A DNA stretch of 64,000 nucleotides from Octopus sinensis. Taxonomy: Eukaryota. The DNA is taken from assembly GCF_006345805.1 (NCBI RefSeq), contig NC_043003.1, positions 23,746,001-23,810,000 on the forward strand. Direction: 5' to 3'. This document shows positions 41,898-54,269 of the stretch, in pieces. The first letter of the stretch is position 1. Each line of letters begins with the position of its first letter. The notes under the pieces were generated by a model, which ran no database searches, was not told the origin of the DNA, and saw only the letters and a program-made list of their open reading frames with translations. The position numbers were made by a program, and so were the translations under genes.

Positions 41898-42528
41898 CTT
41901 AAATGACTTACAAGCATCTTCCACGCTTATATATATATATATATAATATTGTTAATAATCCACGAAAGAATAAATATTAATCAAAGAAATGCCTCAGCTT
42001 GATATTGTTACTTTAGCAGAATCATTTCGATTGTATTTCGGAATTATACAAATTATTAACAAATATAAATACTCATGTAGAAGCAGCAGACATTTTGGTA
42101 TATCAAAATACAATGTGGTTTTTCAAACATGAAACTAATCCCATACTTTCAAGACTACTACTTCTCACTACATCTCTTCATCTGGCATTATGAAAGTAAT
42201 GCTAATTATTATTTAATAATAGTAACGATATGAATATAATTATTAGAAGATTTCACTAAATTAGAGAAGGAATAATCACAAGAAAATTGAACAAGAAATA
42301 GAGCTTAATCAAACATTAAGTACATGCAAACGCACAAACAGATATACAAATACACACAAGCACACAAACATATATATAAATAGACACATGTACAGATATA
42401 CGTAAACACACACACAAAAACCGTTAGATTCAGTTCAACATATAAATGATTAAAAGCACGAGGTACTAACCCCAAGATTCCGAGTTCGATTCCAGGCAGT
42501 GATAAGAATAATAATAACAATAGTAATG

Positions 42529-42610
<82 letters not shown>

Positions 42611-42611
<1 letters not shown>

Positions 42612-43122
42612 CTTAACTGATTGGAAGTGTTATCATGTACATTGTTTTGTCTTGGTATAAAAGATGGGCTACAGCAAATATTCTGCTCAATACCACAGAT
42701 TTGCTTGTCAGTTGTTTTACCTTAACCAGTTGAGCATGTCCCTTAGTGGCTGACGATATGTGCATCTCTGATCACGAGCAGAAGTAGTGGGGGAGCATCA
42801 TAGCCATGTGTTGAGAGGGATTCTTTGGGGTTTGAATAATTCACCTCTGGAAACATGGGTGGTTCTTTCAACATCCTTAAACAACCCTTATTCAGGGACC
42901 TTTTGAGCAGGATGGGCTACTCAACCTGAAGAAAATTCTAACTGGGCCCCACCTGCAAGGTCATGTGTGTTTATCTTGATATGAGATCACCATGTCGCGC
43001 ACATATGGTTCTGATGCATGTGCCTGGTGTACCCTTATCAGACGGGTAGTCATGATGGGTATATTGGGCTTCGTATATTTTACCCCAGTGTCACTTTGAT
43101 GGCATGAACTGCTCTCTCACTC
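42611..43122. mobile_element. About 500-bp element embedded in (AAT)n, copy 2
   Basis: Long (AAT)n runs on both sides; collinear with 30946-31460. Confidence 0.9.
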
Positions 43123-43260
<138 letters not shown>

Positions 43261-43318
43261 TAATAATAATATCGAAAAATACCGTAGGAATGAGAACACA
43301 GGTTCGAAATTTCCCCAA

Positions 43319-43364
43319 GACACCTGATGAAGGCTGGAAGGTATATCAGACGAAACGTTGTGTT
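43319..43364 (+). ncRNA. Type I minimal hammerhead motif
   Basis: GACAC-CUGAUGA-A-GGCUG..CAGAC-GAAAC-GUU-GUGUU; one mismatch in stem II; palindromic AACGUU at stem III. Confidence 0.7.
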
Positions 43365-43935
43365 AACAACAATCAAGATGAGGACAAATATCCGTCAAAT
43401 GTAAATAATGTAAATATGTACATAATTTCTCATCTCTTAAATATAGGAGTAAATTTAATTTGTATCAAAATATTTTCGTCGTTTTGAAACCGTGACCTAT
43501 TCACTGACAAAACTTCGTGCTCTATCTGAGAAAGTAGCAGTTACTTCATGATATATGTGTGCTTATATATGTATGTACGTATGTGTTTATGTATGTACAT
43601 GTGTGCATGTATGCATGCACGTATGCATGTATGTATGTATGTATGTACGTACGTATGTATGTATATATGTATTTAGGTATAAAAGTGTGTAAAGGTGTCT
43701 GCGTGTGTGTATATTTGTATGTACATGTAAACGTATGTTTATGTACTGATATTTATATCTGTTCAAGTCGTGTATATGACTGTTAAAGATTTGTATATAT
43801 ATATATATATATATACATGCTCCTCTCACCACCGTTTAACGGTGAATAGATACAATGTCTTGGATACATACATGTAAAAATAAACCTACCAATTCATATG
43901 TACAAACACACACAATCATATAAACAGGTATACAC

Positions 43936-43994
<59 letters not shown>

Positions 43995-44117
43995 GTGTAA
44001 TCTTAACCTATACGCATATATATATGCGTGTATCCATCTACATATATTTATGTCTCTATTTTCACAGAGAACGGTTAAACTCCAATGGTTTTATTTTATA
44101 TTTTACATAGACATATA

Positions 44118-44244
44118 CGAGGGATATATGAAAAGTCTTGAGCCTCAAGAAAAAACCCAAAAACCTGGTAGAAGACATCTGATAAAAGTACACGACTTCA
44201 AGTCCCAAAGGCCTTGAAGGCTCGAAACTTTTCATACACCCCCG
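44118..44244. mobile_element. 127-bp mariner-type MITE
   Basis: About 27-bp imperfect TIRs (cgagggatatatgaaaagtcttgagcct versus cgggggtgtatgaaaagtttcgagcct) with TA flanks. Confidence 0.85.
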
Positions 44245-44280
44245 TACATATATATGTGCATACACACACAAATATATATG

Positions 44281-44341
<61 letters not shown>

Positions 44342-44639
44342 CTGTGTGTATGTGTGTGTGTGTGTATCTATATCCGACGTTGCGTAATCTCTTTTCTGAT
44401 GGTAAATATTTTATATTTTCCGATATGGTTATTATCAAAAGTTATAGTTTTTCTAAAGTAAGTAGGTAATAAGTGTTTGTCTTGCCAAAGTTAATTAATC
44501 TTGGTGATAAATTGCGTATTTAGTCAGTGTAATCAAATTAATTACCTGGCCATTCGCGGTACAGTTGGGGAAATCTAATTCCTCGGATTCTCCAACTGTT
44601 TGTCAGAGGATGTAGTGCCAAGCCATGCCGAAACTAAAT

Positions 44640-45732
44640 GACAACAGCGTGTCTCCTTATAGGACCCAAGCTTGCAGCCCAAGCACTTTAAACTCCTCAA
44701 AGCAATTCGGTTCTATTATTAATGGTTTAGTTCCATCGTTGCTGTAACCCTTAAGTAATTTTACCCGTGTTACTGGCTTCATTTTCAGGATTTCAGCCTC
44801 TGTATGGATACGCCTTTGGTATTCTATATAATACCATGTCTTTTTCTTCTGGTTTTCACTCCCTCCTTCATTCCTTTTTTCTTCGCCTCTCTTCAACTTC
44901 ACTCTCAGAAGAGACACTTTCAAACTTTCCTCTCCTGTTTTTCTTGTCACTATATTTCCCCCATTATTTCCCATCGTCTCTTTTTCCTTTTTCAACTTCT
45001 CCGGTGGGGAACCCCTTCTACTTTTTTCTTTTCCGCGATTTCACCTCCACGAATTCTTCCTCTGTATCCATTGTTTCAGCTTCTTCTCTACACTCTTCCA
45101 TGTTTGCCTCTCTCTGTGTCGAACTCTCCTCACTCTCTTTTTCCTTGTTTCGAAGGCAGACCGTTTATTGTGTCCCTTTTCGCTACACAAAAAAGCATTT
45201 CACAGGTCTACCCTCTATCACCAAATTCAACTTGTTTCCTTCGGGCAATACTATTTCTTCAATTATGGAATTCAGGTCCTCCGGGGTGGCTTGAATTTTC
45301 ATTTCTAGCCCACATCTCCAAAAGTCCACCTTTTCAGTTCTTGTTGCCTTAAATATTTTCGGACTCTGTTTCATGTGGAATAAGACTGCCGCCATAATGC
45401 CGTCTCGTCGCATTCCGGTGGGATTTTACCCACCCTTACTCTCGCCATTCTTTTGCTGCAGTAACTCAGTAGAAAAGCCCATTCGCGTTCCTATTCGCAT
45501 CTACTGCATGCTCTGCTGCCTCTTCCTCAGATGCGAACCTGACTTCTACCACTCCGAGTTTCTCCCCCCTCGTTGCAAACATCGCCAGGTGTTTAATATA
45601 CTTTAGTATTTTTTCTATACTCTCAGTCGTCGCGGTTTCGATTTTTCCTGTGGATAATTTTAACGTTTTGTACAGGACCGTTCTTTTTTGTAAACTTTCC
45701 GAAAATTCTTTTGGCGGTACCAGAGGAGAGAG

Positions 45733-45778
<46 letters not shown>

Positions 45779-45930
45779 TGCTGTTCCTTGACTTGTTAAC
45801 AATTTTCCACATTCTTTAATTCTGTCTGTTTCTACCTTTACGTCCGTCACTGTTAACGCAGCAGTATCGTCACCAGCTGTTGCCGCCGCTGCATAACTCT
45901 GGTTCGAGGTATTCAAATTCTTCATTATAC
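44640..45930 (-). pseudogene. Decayed gag-like retroelement ORF1 with a CCHC zinc knuckle
   Basis: Removing one T in a T run gives EGRPVKCFLCSEKGH....C; the upstream VEVRFASEEEA is RRM-like; a K/E-rich region follows; a (GA)n insertion lies at about 45725-45775. Confidence 0.7.
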
Positions 45931-46131
45931 AACTGAATTAAAAAAACAACAGAAATATACGGATACACCTGAGCGTTATATGCTTCTCACGAATGCCGTT
46001 ATGACAGCTGGAGACTATCTTTGACTGGTTGTGTACTATCCCATTATATGGCTTTTCGTAGGGATGATTATTTGACAGTGAATTACCAAGCATTGTGATA
46101 ATATCGCTTTAGTACTTTTACATGAATCTAG

Positions 46132-48315
46132 AATGTTTCATGTCTTCTGTGCAAGCCGTATGCCAGAAATATGTCCCAGAACACAAGGCCAAAACAAATA
46201 GGAGCAGGATTCCAAGAGACAGGAAGATCCTCATGAGACGACGGACGAAGGTTGCAAATCGTCTCAACCAACATCCCAAAAGTAGCGAAACGTCCCGCCT
46301 AAAAACAACACTGATGGAGATCGAAAAAAGACTGCAATAATCCTATGTGAAGGGGAAAGCAGACAAAGAAGCCTGGGTTATCAAAAACATTAAATCAAAC
46401 CCAAAGGCCTTCTTTCATTACGCGAAAGAAACAGTCTCAGTGCACTACAAGATAGGACCCTCCTCCAAAAGGATGGCTCCCTCACAGACAGTCCAACTAT
46501 GATCAGTGAGATGCTGAATGGCCAGTCAAAAGTGTCTTACCATCCCGTGGAACACAGACAAGTGAACGAACCAGTGGACTTCTTTGCCGCCTCACCTATA
46601 ACCAGCGAGGCAGTTACAATAGAATGTATTGACATTAGCGAAAAAGATGTCCTAATAGCCATAGATGAAGTGGATACAAACTCAGCTGCTGGTCCAGACT
46701 GTTTTCCAGCCCATCCTCCTCAAAGCGTGTAAGCATGCCTGGCAAAACCCCTCAAGATTCTCTTCCAGAGCTTTCTTGCGAATGGCAACTGCCAAGCAAG
46801 CTGAAGGAGGGAATAATATGCCCAATACATAAAGGGGTAAGTAGAGCAGATGCCAAAAACTATAGGCCTATCTCTCTGACTTCACACATCAGCAAAGTCA
46901 TGGAAAGGATAGTCAGAAAGAAACTAATCGCATTCCTTGAGGAAAATAACTTGCTGAGTGATATCCAGCATGGTTTCGAGACCAAGGTAGGAGCCCCTGA
47001 TCCAGCTCTACAGCATAGACTGGGTGTTGAGGCAGTTACTCAACAAATCAAATGTGGACGTAATCTACCTTGATTTTGCAAAAGCTTTTGACAAGGTGGA
47101 TCATGGTATGATATGCCACAAACTACGTGACCTCGGCATAGCTGGAAAACTTGGAGTGTGGTTGCATGACTTCCTGAATGATAGGAGTCAGGCAGTAGTG
47201 GTTAATGGAGCCACCTCTATGAACACACAAATAGTGAGCGGTGTTCCACAGAGCACTGTCTTGGGACCACTGCTTTTATAGTGGCCCTCTCAGATATGCC
47301 CTCAAATGCCCGGATAGCCACTCTGGCCAGCTATGCAGACGATACGAAAGTCTCGCAGAAAATACAGAACCCCAGCGATGTTGCACACCTGCAGCAGAAG
47401 TTGGGCTCAATCTACAGATGGGCTGAGGATAATAATATGCAGTTTAATGCTGAAAAAGTCCAGGCCCTGCGCTACCAGCATCCAAAACTGAATATTAAAC
47501 TTACAGGATACACTGGTCCACAGGGAATTTCAATCCCAGAGCCTAAGTCTGTGAGGGACCTGGGTATCGACATGAGTGATGATACCTCTTTCCAAGTGCA
47601 CATTACCAGGATGGCGACAAAGTGCAGACGACGGGCTGGGTGGATTCTAAGAACATTCAGACCAGAGATAAGGAAACCATGATGGTCCTCTGGCGGACAT
47701 TCGTCCTCAGTCGCCTGGATTACTGCTCACAGCTATGGTCACCCACCAGTGTCAAATTAACAGCAGACCTTGAAGCAATCCAGGAAGATTCACAAAGAAT
47801 ATCGTCTCTTTGCAACAGCTCAGCTACTGGGAAAGGTTGAAACAGCTAAGACTCTACTCACTGGAGAGAAGACGGGAGAGGTATGCAGTAATATATGTCT
47901 GGAAGATCCTTGAAGGAATTGTGCCAAATTTTGGCATTGTAAGCTACACCAATGGTAGAACGGGACGACACTGCATAGTGCGAAAGATCCCAGCAATGAC
48001 ATCACGCTTCAGGACCAGCTTCTGCAACAGCCTGGGTTTCAAGGGCCCACAGCTTTTTAATATTCTCCCAAAGAGTCTGAGGAACTTGCACAAAGTAGAT
48101 GTAGCGGTTTTTAAATCAAAGCTGGACATCTTCCTGTCAATAGTCCCAGATGAACCTACCTCACGGCAAGAGGTGCAAATGAGAGTAGCTGTATCAAACT
48201 CCATTCTTCACCAAGTGCCACATAACAGACGAGGTTCGTCACAATAACAGTGTAGCACAAAACGGCGGTGCATCAGCATGGCCGCTGCTCTGAGCTGAAA
48301 CTAGGAAAAAAAAAA
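46132..48315 (+). mobile_element. 5'-truncated CR1-like LINE, copy 2, with frameshifted ORF2
   Basis: KSNPKAFFHYAK linker, YLDFAKAFDKVDH, ASYADDTK, A-tail at 48306-48315, and a 14-bp direct repeat at 46118-46131 / 48367-48380. Confidence 0.96.
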
Positions 48316-48631
48316 TATATGTATATATAAATATATGTATATATATTGGTAGTCTACAGAACAGCGTTACATGAATCTAGCTGGTTACTATAACAACAAC
48401 CTTCTGCGCATGTTTACTCCCCACATACTCATACACAAATACATTTGCAACATTCACTAATTCTTGAATACAAGGTAAGTCAGCATTAATTCATATGCCT
48501 ATTTTCTCGTGATTTACCTTCGATTTATTTCGTATTGTTCCGGCTCTACCAACGAATTTTATGTAATATATTCCACACAATGCTTATATAATATAAATTA
48601 TATATAATTTATAATAATATATATATAATCA

Positions 48632-48951
48632 TATATGGGTACAAGACATCCCCAACAGTAAACAACTTGAAATACGAAAACAAATGAGTTAAATACACAA
48701 ACAACGTGAAGAAAAAAGGAAAACAGGACAAGTAATACAAAGGATGCAAGGAGCGGCCCTTCGTCATTTGTCGGCTGTGTATGTACTCCCCTCTTGAAAT
48801 GAGGAGTAGATAGACAGCCGCCAACTGCTGAGAGATCGTTCTTTGTAGTCTTTGTATTACTCACCCAGTTTCCGTTTTCTTTTCTCGTTGTTTTCTTATT
48901 CAGCTCATTTGTTTTCGCCTTTCATGTGTTTATTGTTGGTGTCGTCCTGTA

Positions 48952-48958
<7 letters not shown>
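48632..48958. repeat. About 330-bp diverged palindromic element between (AT)n tracts
   Basis: The left arm aligns with the reverse complement of the right arm; the centre is near 48790-48803. Confidence 0.8.
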
Positions 48959-49008
<50 letters not shown>

Positions 49009-49701
49009 ATTATTATGATTATATTATTGTTATTATTTAATTGTACGTCATGCATCCAGCGTGTGTGCTTACAACTATACATACATTATATCGATGTATG
49101 TGCGTGTACATGTGTGTGCTTCTACGTGTGTGTGCTTGTACGTGTGTGTGCGTGCGTATCTATGTAGGTTAGTTTGAATGTATGCATATCATTGTTTTCT
49201 AATATTATATACAGCAAATGTTTCTGAAATTAGCAGAAAACAAAGGAAAAGTTGATACACTGGAGAAGTTATAAAGTAGTTTGGAGTTTCTGTGCCACTA
49301 TGTATGCATGTATGTACATATATGTATGCATGTTTACATGTATGTAAATATGTATGTATGTGTGTATGTATTTATGTATGTATAGGTATGTAAGTGTCTG
49401 TTATGATATTTAGAAATTAAGTAGCTTAATATTTATAAGACAGAATGGGAGAATGTGTGAATAATTGCTTGATGCTTCAATATTATGATCTTACTGTCAT
49501 ACAGAAGCAGGAAAGTGCCGAGTGCATTATTAAAAGCACCATATTTACAAAGTGCAGATAAACAGTGTTAGTGCAAATGAGTATGAGGATATAAATATAA
49601 ATACAAATATATATGTATATGCGTGTGTGTGTATGTGTGCCCGCGTGCATGTGTCTGCGTGTGTATGTGTGTTTACGTGTGTGTGTATTTGTATTATGTA
49701 T

Positions 49702-49754
<53 letters not shown>

Positions 49755-49919
49755 TTAAAAAAAGGAAAATAGAAAATGCTAAACTAATTTCATAAAAAAC
49801 ATTTCAGTACGGTATCAGTCATTGAGACTTTTTCAACTGTAAGTATGGAAAATAATTAAATTTGGAAAAATTAAAGAGAAAAGTTCTATAAGCAAGTTCC
49901 TGCAAGCTCGAATTTTATA

Positions 49920-50290
49920 GGGCGCAGGAGTGGCTGTGTGGTAAGTAGCTTGCTAACCAACACACGGTTGCGGGTTCAGTCCCACTGCGTGGCCTTGGGC
50001 AGTGTCTTCTGCTATAGCCCCGGGCCGACCAATGCCTTGTGAGTGGATTTGGTAGGACGGAAACTGAAAGAAGCTGTCGTATATTGTATATATATATAAT
50101 GTTTGTTGTGTGGTTTGTGGTCTGTGTTTGTCCCCCTAGCATTGCTTGACAACCGATGCTGGGTGTGTTTACGTCCCCGTCACTTAGCGGTTCGGCAAAA
50201 AGAGACGATAGAATAAGTACTAAAAGGTGGTGCTGCTCCAGCATGCCGCAGTCAAATGACTGAAACAAGTAAAAGAGTAAAAGAGAGTAT
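49920..50290 (+). mobile_element. SINE family A, full length
   Basis: Head ggcgcaggagtggctgtgtggtaag; tail cagtcaaatgactgaaacaagtaaaagagtaaaagag. Confidence 0.92.
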
Positions 50291-50369
50291 AGAAGAATAT
50301 TCGTATAGTGTTCAAATACACAAATGTTTACTCTTGTGGGTTCGAAGTCGTTGTGAATTCTTGGTAGGG

Positions 50370-50470
50370 AAGAAGAAGAAGAAGAAGAAGAAGAAGAAGA
50401 AGAAGAAGAAGAAGAAGAAGAAGAAGAAGAAGAAGAAGAAGAAGAAGAAGAAGAAGAAGAAGAAGAAGAA
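50370..50470. repeat. Perfect (GAA)n, about 100 bp
   Basis: Direct reading. Confidence 0.97.
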
Positions 50471-50915
50471 TGTGGGAGTGCCATGACAGTAGTATTTTGA
50501 ATAGTCAGCTGCGCTGCCCCGAAAATGTCCCGCTGTGGATGGTAGTGATAACTGTTCAATTCATGAAAATATCTCTTTTGAATGTTTTGTTTATAAAATT
50601 TGCGTAGATGTTATTCTAAACAGCTATAGTTGTAAAGTTAGGAAGTTATATATATATAACACCCACAAGAAGACGAAGAGCAAACACAGAGAAATAACAA
50701 CAACGCGAGAACGTTGTACATGTAAAGTATTAGCAGATGCTTAGGGAAGGAAAGAAATATGGTTTAACCTTTCCAGCAAAGCAATTCTTCAGCAACAGAG
50801 GAAAGTCCAGTAGAAAAGGAAGATAGAGTAAGAAATCGCCAACGATTCACATGTTGTTACATTTTGAAATGTTTGTGTTGCTATCATACATACATACATA
50901 CATATATATAATATA

Positions 50916-51003
<88 letters not shown>

Positions 51004-51014
51004 ATATATAATGA

Positions 51015-51331
51015 AAGACTCCGCCGATTACGACGACGAGGGTCCCAGCTGATACGATCAACGGAACAGCTTGCTCGTGAATTTAACGTGCAAATGGCTG
51101 AGCATTCCACAGACACGTGTACCCTTAACGTAGTTCTCGGGGATAATCAGCGTGACACAGAGAGTGACAAGGCTGACCCTTTGAAATACAAGTACAACTC
51201 ATTTTTGCCAGCTGAGTGGACTGGAGCAACGTGAAATAAGTGTCTTGCTCAAGGACACAACGCGTCGCCGGGAATCTAACTCACAAGCTTACGATCATGA
51301 GCCGAATGCCTAACCACTAAGCCACGCGCCC

Positions 51332-51335
<4 letters not shown>
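51015..51335 (-). mobile_element. SINE family B1
   Basis: A-box tggcttagtgg on the minus strand; tail shared with family B2. Confidence 0.9.
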
Positions 51336-51385
<50 letters not shown>

Positions 51386-51536
51386 TAGAGAGTATATCCA
51401 AACTTATAGGGAAAAAATTAGATTTAGGATTAAATCAAATTTCACAGTATAAATATAAATTAAATTAGAGATAAAACCACTATTAGGCACTAGTAATTTG
51501 CTAATTAGATTAGATTTAGGATTAAATCAAATTTCA

Positions 51537-52572
51537 GGATCATTTCTAAAAGATGGACAGAATTTCCTACTGAACTAAATAAATGGAAACTTCGTATACT
51601 GGCAGAATGTGTCAAAAGAAAACATTAATTTCAATTTGTTTTTTGGCAAAAATGTATTTTCTAACTTTTACGTAGTTTAATTCTTCGAATTTTAACCAAA
51701 CTTATTCTCTGTTTTGAGCTGAATTCATTTGCTGCCGTGTTATTCATCCTTATCAGTCTTCTGTTTTCTGTCTTCAAAGGCTTGTTTATTTTAAAGTCAT
51801 CCCTGATTACCTGTGTGTGTGTGTTTTTGTTGTGTATGTGTGTGCGTGTGTGTGTTTGTTTTCTGTGTGTGTTATTGTTGTGTATGTGTGTATGTGTGTG
51901 TTTTGTTGTGTATGTGTGCGTGTGTGTGTGTGTCTTTTTGGAGTCTATATGTGTGTGTGTGTGTTTGTTTGTTGTGTATGCGTGCGTGTGTTGTGTATCT
52001 CTTAAATTGATGAATTTCGTCGCCCAATAAAAATATTAACGATATTTTTTGAACTTTAATATCGTTAATGTTTTTATTGGGCGACGAAATTCATCGATTT
52101 AAGAGATACACAACACACGCACACATACACAACAAAAACAACACACACACATATACACAACAAAAACACACACACACACACGCACACATACACAACAAAA
52201 AACACACACACACACATACACAACAATAACACACACACACGCAACAAACACACACACGCACATACATACACAACAAAAACACACAGGTAATCGGTCCGTA
52301 AGTCAGGGATGACATTGAAATAAACAAGCCTTTCAAGACAGAAAACAGAAGACTGATAAGGATGAATAACACGGCAGGAATGAATTCAGCTCAAAACAGA
52401 GAATACGATTGGTTAAAATTCGAAGAATTAAACTATGTAAAAGTTATAAAATACATTTTTCTCCAAAAAACTAATTGAAATTAATGTTTTCTTTTGACAC
52501 ATTCTACCAGTATACGAAGTTTTAAATTATTTAGTTAAGTAGGAAATTCTATCCATCTTTTAGAAAAGATCC
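51537..52572. mobile_element. 1036-bp foldback / MULE-like palindromic element with a 9-bp TSD
   Basis: Arms 51537-52046 and 52058-52572, 11-nt spacer, termini GGATC..GATCC, TSD CAAATTTCA at 51528-51536 and 52573-52581. Confidence 0.92.
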
Positions 52573-52868
52573 CAAATTTCACAGTATAAATATAAATTAG
52601 ATTAGAGATAAAACCGCTATTAGGCACTATTAATTTGCTAATTAGATATTGGATTATCACTCAGTTAAGAATATTCGTGAGTTTATTATGTTTTTTAAAG
52701 CCATATTATATCTTAATAGATAAATACTTTTTCTATCTATTTCTTGTTACCTTAAAAAATTGATATTTAACATAATAAATGGGTTGTATAACATAATCCT
52801 AATGTATGAAGTTTCTAATTTAGATAATAGAGAAAAATTTACATATTTATTTAATGATTATCGTTAAC

Positions 52869-52960
52869 CTGAAGATTGACTATAATTTTAATTCGAATTT
52901 TCAATTGAATTTAAACTTAATTGTAATTCGAATTGAATTATAGCCATGAAACCTACGTAG
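52869..52960 (+). ncRNA. Hammerhead-like motif with a very long stem II
   Basis: CUGAAGA, about 22-bp imperfect stem II, GAAA-C-CUAC-GUA; stem I is poor. Confidence 0.5.
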
Positions 52961-53274
52961 AGTTTTTACTTATCTATATTATATTTAACTTTTTTATACT
53001 TTTTGGCTAGATATATACCAAAAAAATTAAAAGTTTAAAAACATTTAAATTTTTAAATTGTAAAATTTAAAAATTTAAAAATATAAATTTTAAAATTTTA
53101 AATTTTAATATTTTAAATTTTAAATTTTATATTTTATATATATATCATGTATTATATTAATTATATTTAATTTTTGTTTTTTAAGTTTTGGTTTATGTCT
53201 ATCGCTGTTTGAGTTGCCTCATAGTGGTTTTATCTCTAATTTAATGTATATATATATCTACATCTATCTATCTG

Positions 53275-53335
<61 letters not shown>

Positions 53336-53404
53336 ATCTATATATATATATAGTAATTTTATATTGTGATATATATTAATATAGTTCATAGTAATTTTTC
53401 TATT

Positions 53405-53737
53405 GTCTTGGCTTAACAGCCCCCACCATTTGTTTTTACTATCTTGTTTTCACTGTCCTGTTCTTGTTACCACTTTCACCCTTATCAAAAATCCCAAATC
53501 TGATTTAATTCGCTTTGCGGGAAGGACTGTTTCAATGAAGTCGCGTATTGTCCTTGTCTTTGAAACAGTGAGTAGATGAAACAAGCACAACCGATGAAGG
53601 GGAATATTCTTTATGTTGCATGACTCGTTTCTCTGTTTGTTTTTTCCGTTGTTCGAAAAAAGTTCGTTATCTACGTTTTTGTTTTTACATATTCGTTTCT
53701 CATTGTGTTTAACGTCTTTTCGGGGACCTGTACCCAT
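53405..53737 (-). mobile_element. Repeat family F
   Basis: Reverse complement of the 38960-39090 family. Confidence 0.7.
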
Positions 53738-54150
53738 ATATGCATGTATATATATATACATATATATATGTAGGTATGTACATATATGTATGCCTATATG
53801 CATATATTTATATATTATATACTATATATATATATAGCAACACAAACACTCATACACACTTAAGTACATCCCCTGGCACGTACATTTATATACCCGGTTC
53901 GCGCTTGCATTACCTTACTTTGTTCGCACACTCAGGCGAAACGCACTCTGTTCAAAGAGATTATTAAACATACCACATACACGTTAGCTACTTCATCTTT
54001 TATGTCCGGAAAATGCAGTTTATTGACATACTTGTAAAGCGTGCTATGCACATACCAGTAATCGTTATTCATGCGATATAACCCTCAACTGTTTCAAGAC
54101 CATGCAGCGCACTCATAATATTGTCTGAAAAATGCATTTTTCCTTCATGA

Positions 54151-54209
<59 letters not shown>

Positions 54210-54269
54210 GTGCGTACGTGTGTGTGTGTGTGTGCGTGTTTATGTGTATGTATGTGTGTATTTTACGTG

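Larger units (their letters stand above)
51389..53245 (+). mobile_element. (AT)n-embedded PLE-like host element, same family as 11345-11690
   Basis: aattagagataaaaccactattaggca on the left and its inverse at about 53215-53245; hammerhead-like motif at 52869-52960. Confidence 0.65.

Noticed and set aside
44640-48315. gag ORF1 and CR1 RT as one 5'-inverted element
   Set aside because: The LINE has its own TSD starting at 46118, which excludes the ORF1 block.
53421-53567. Open frame ending at a strong GTGAGT donor, resembling an exon
   Set aside because: It lies within or beside dispersed repeat family F, has a poor acceptor and has no recognisable homology.
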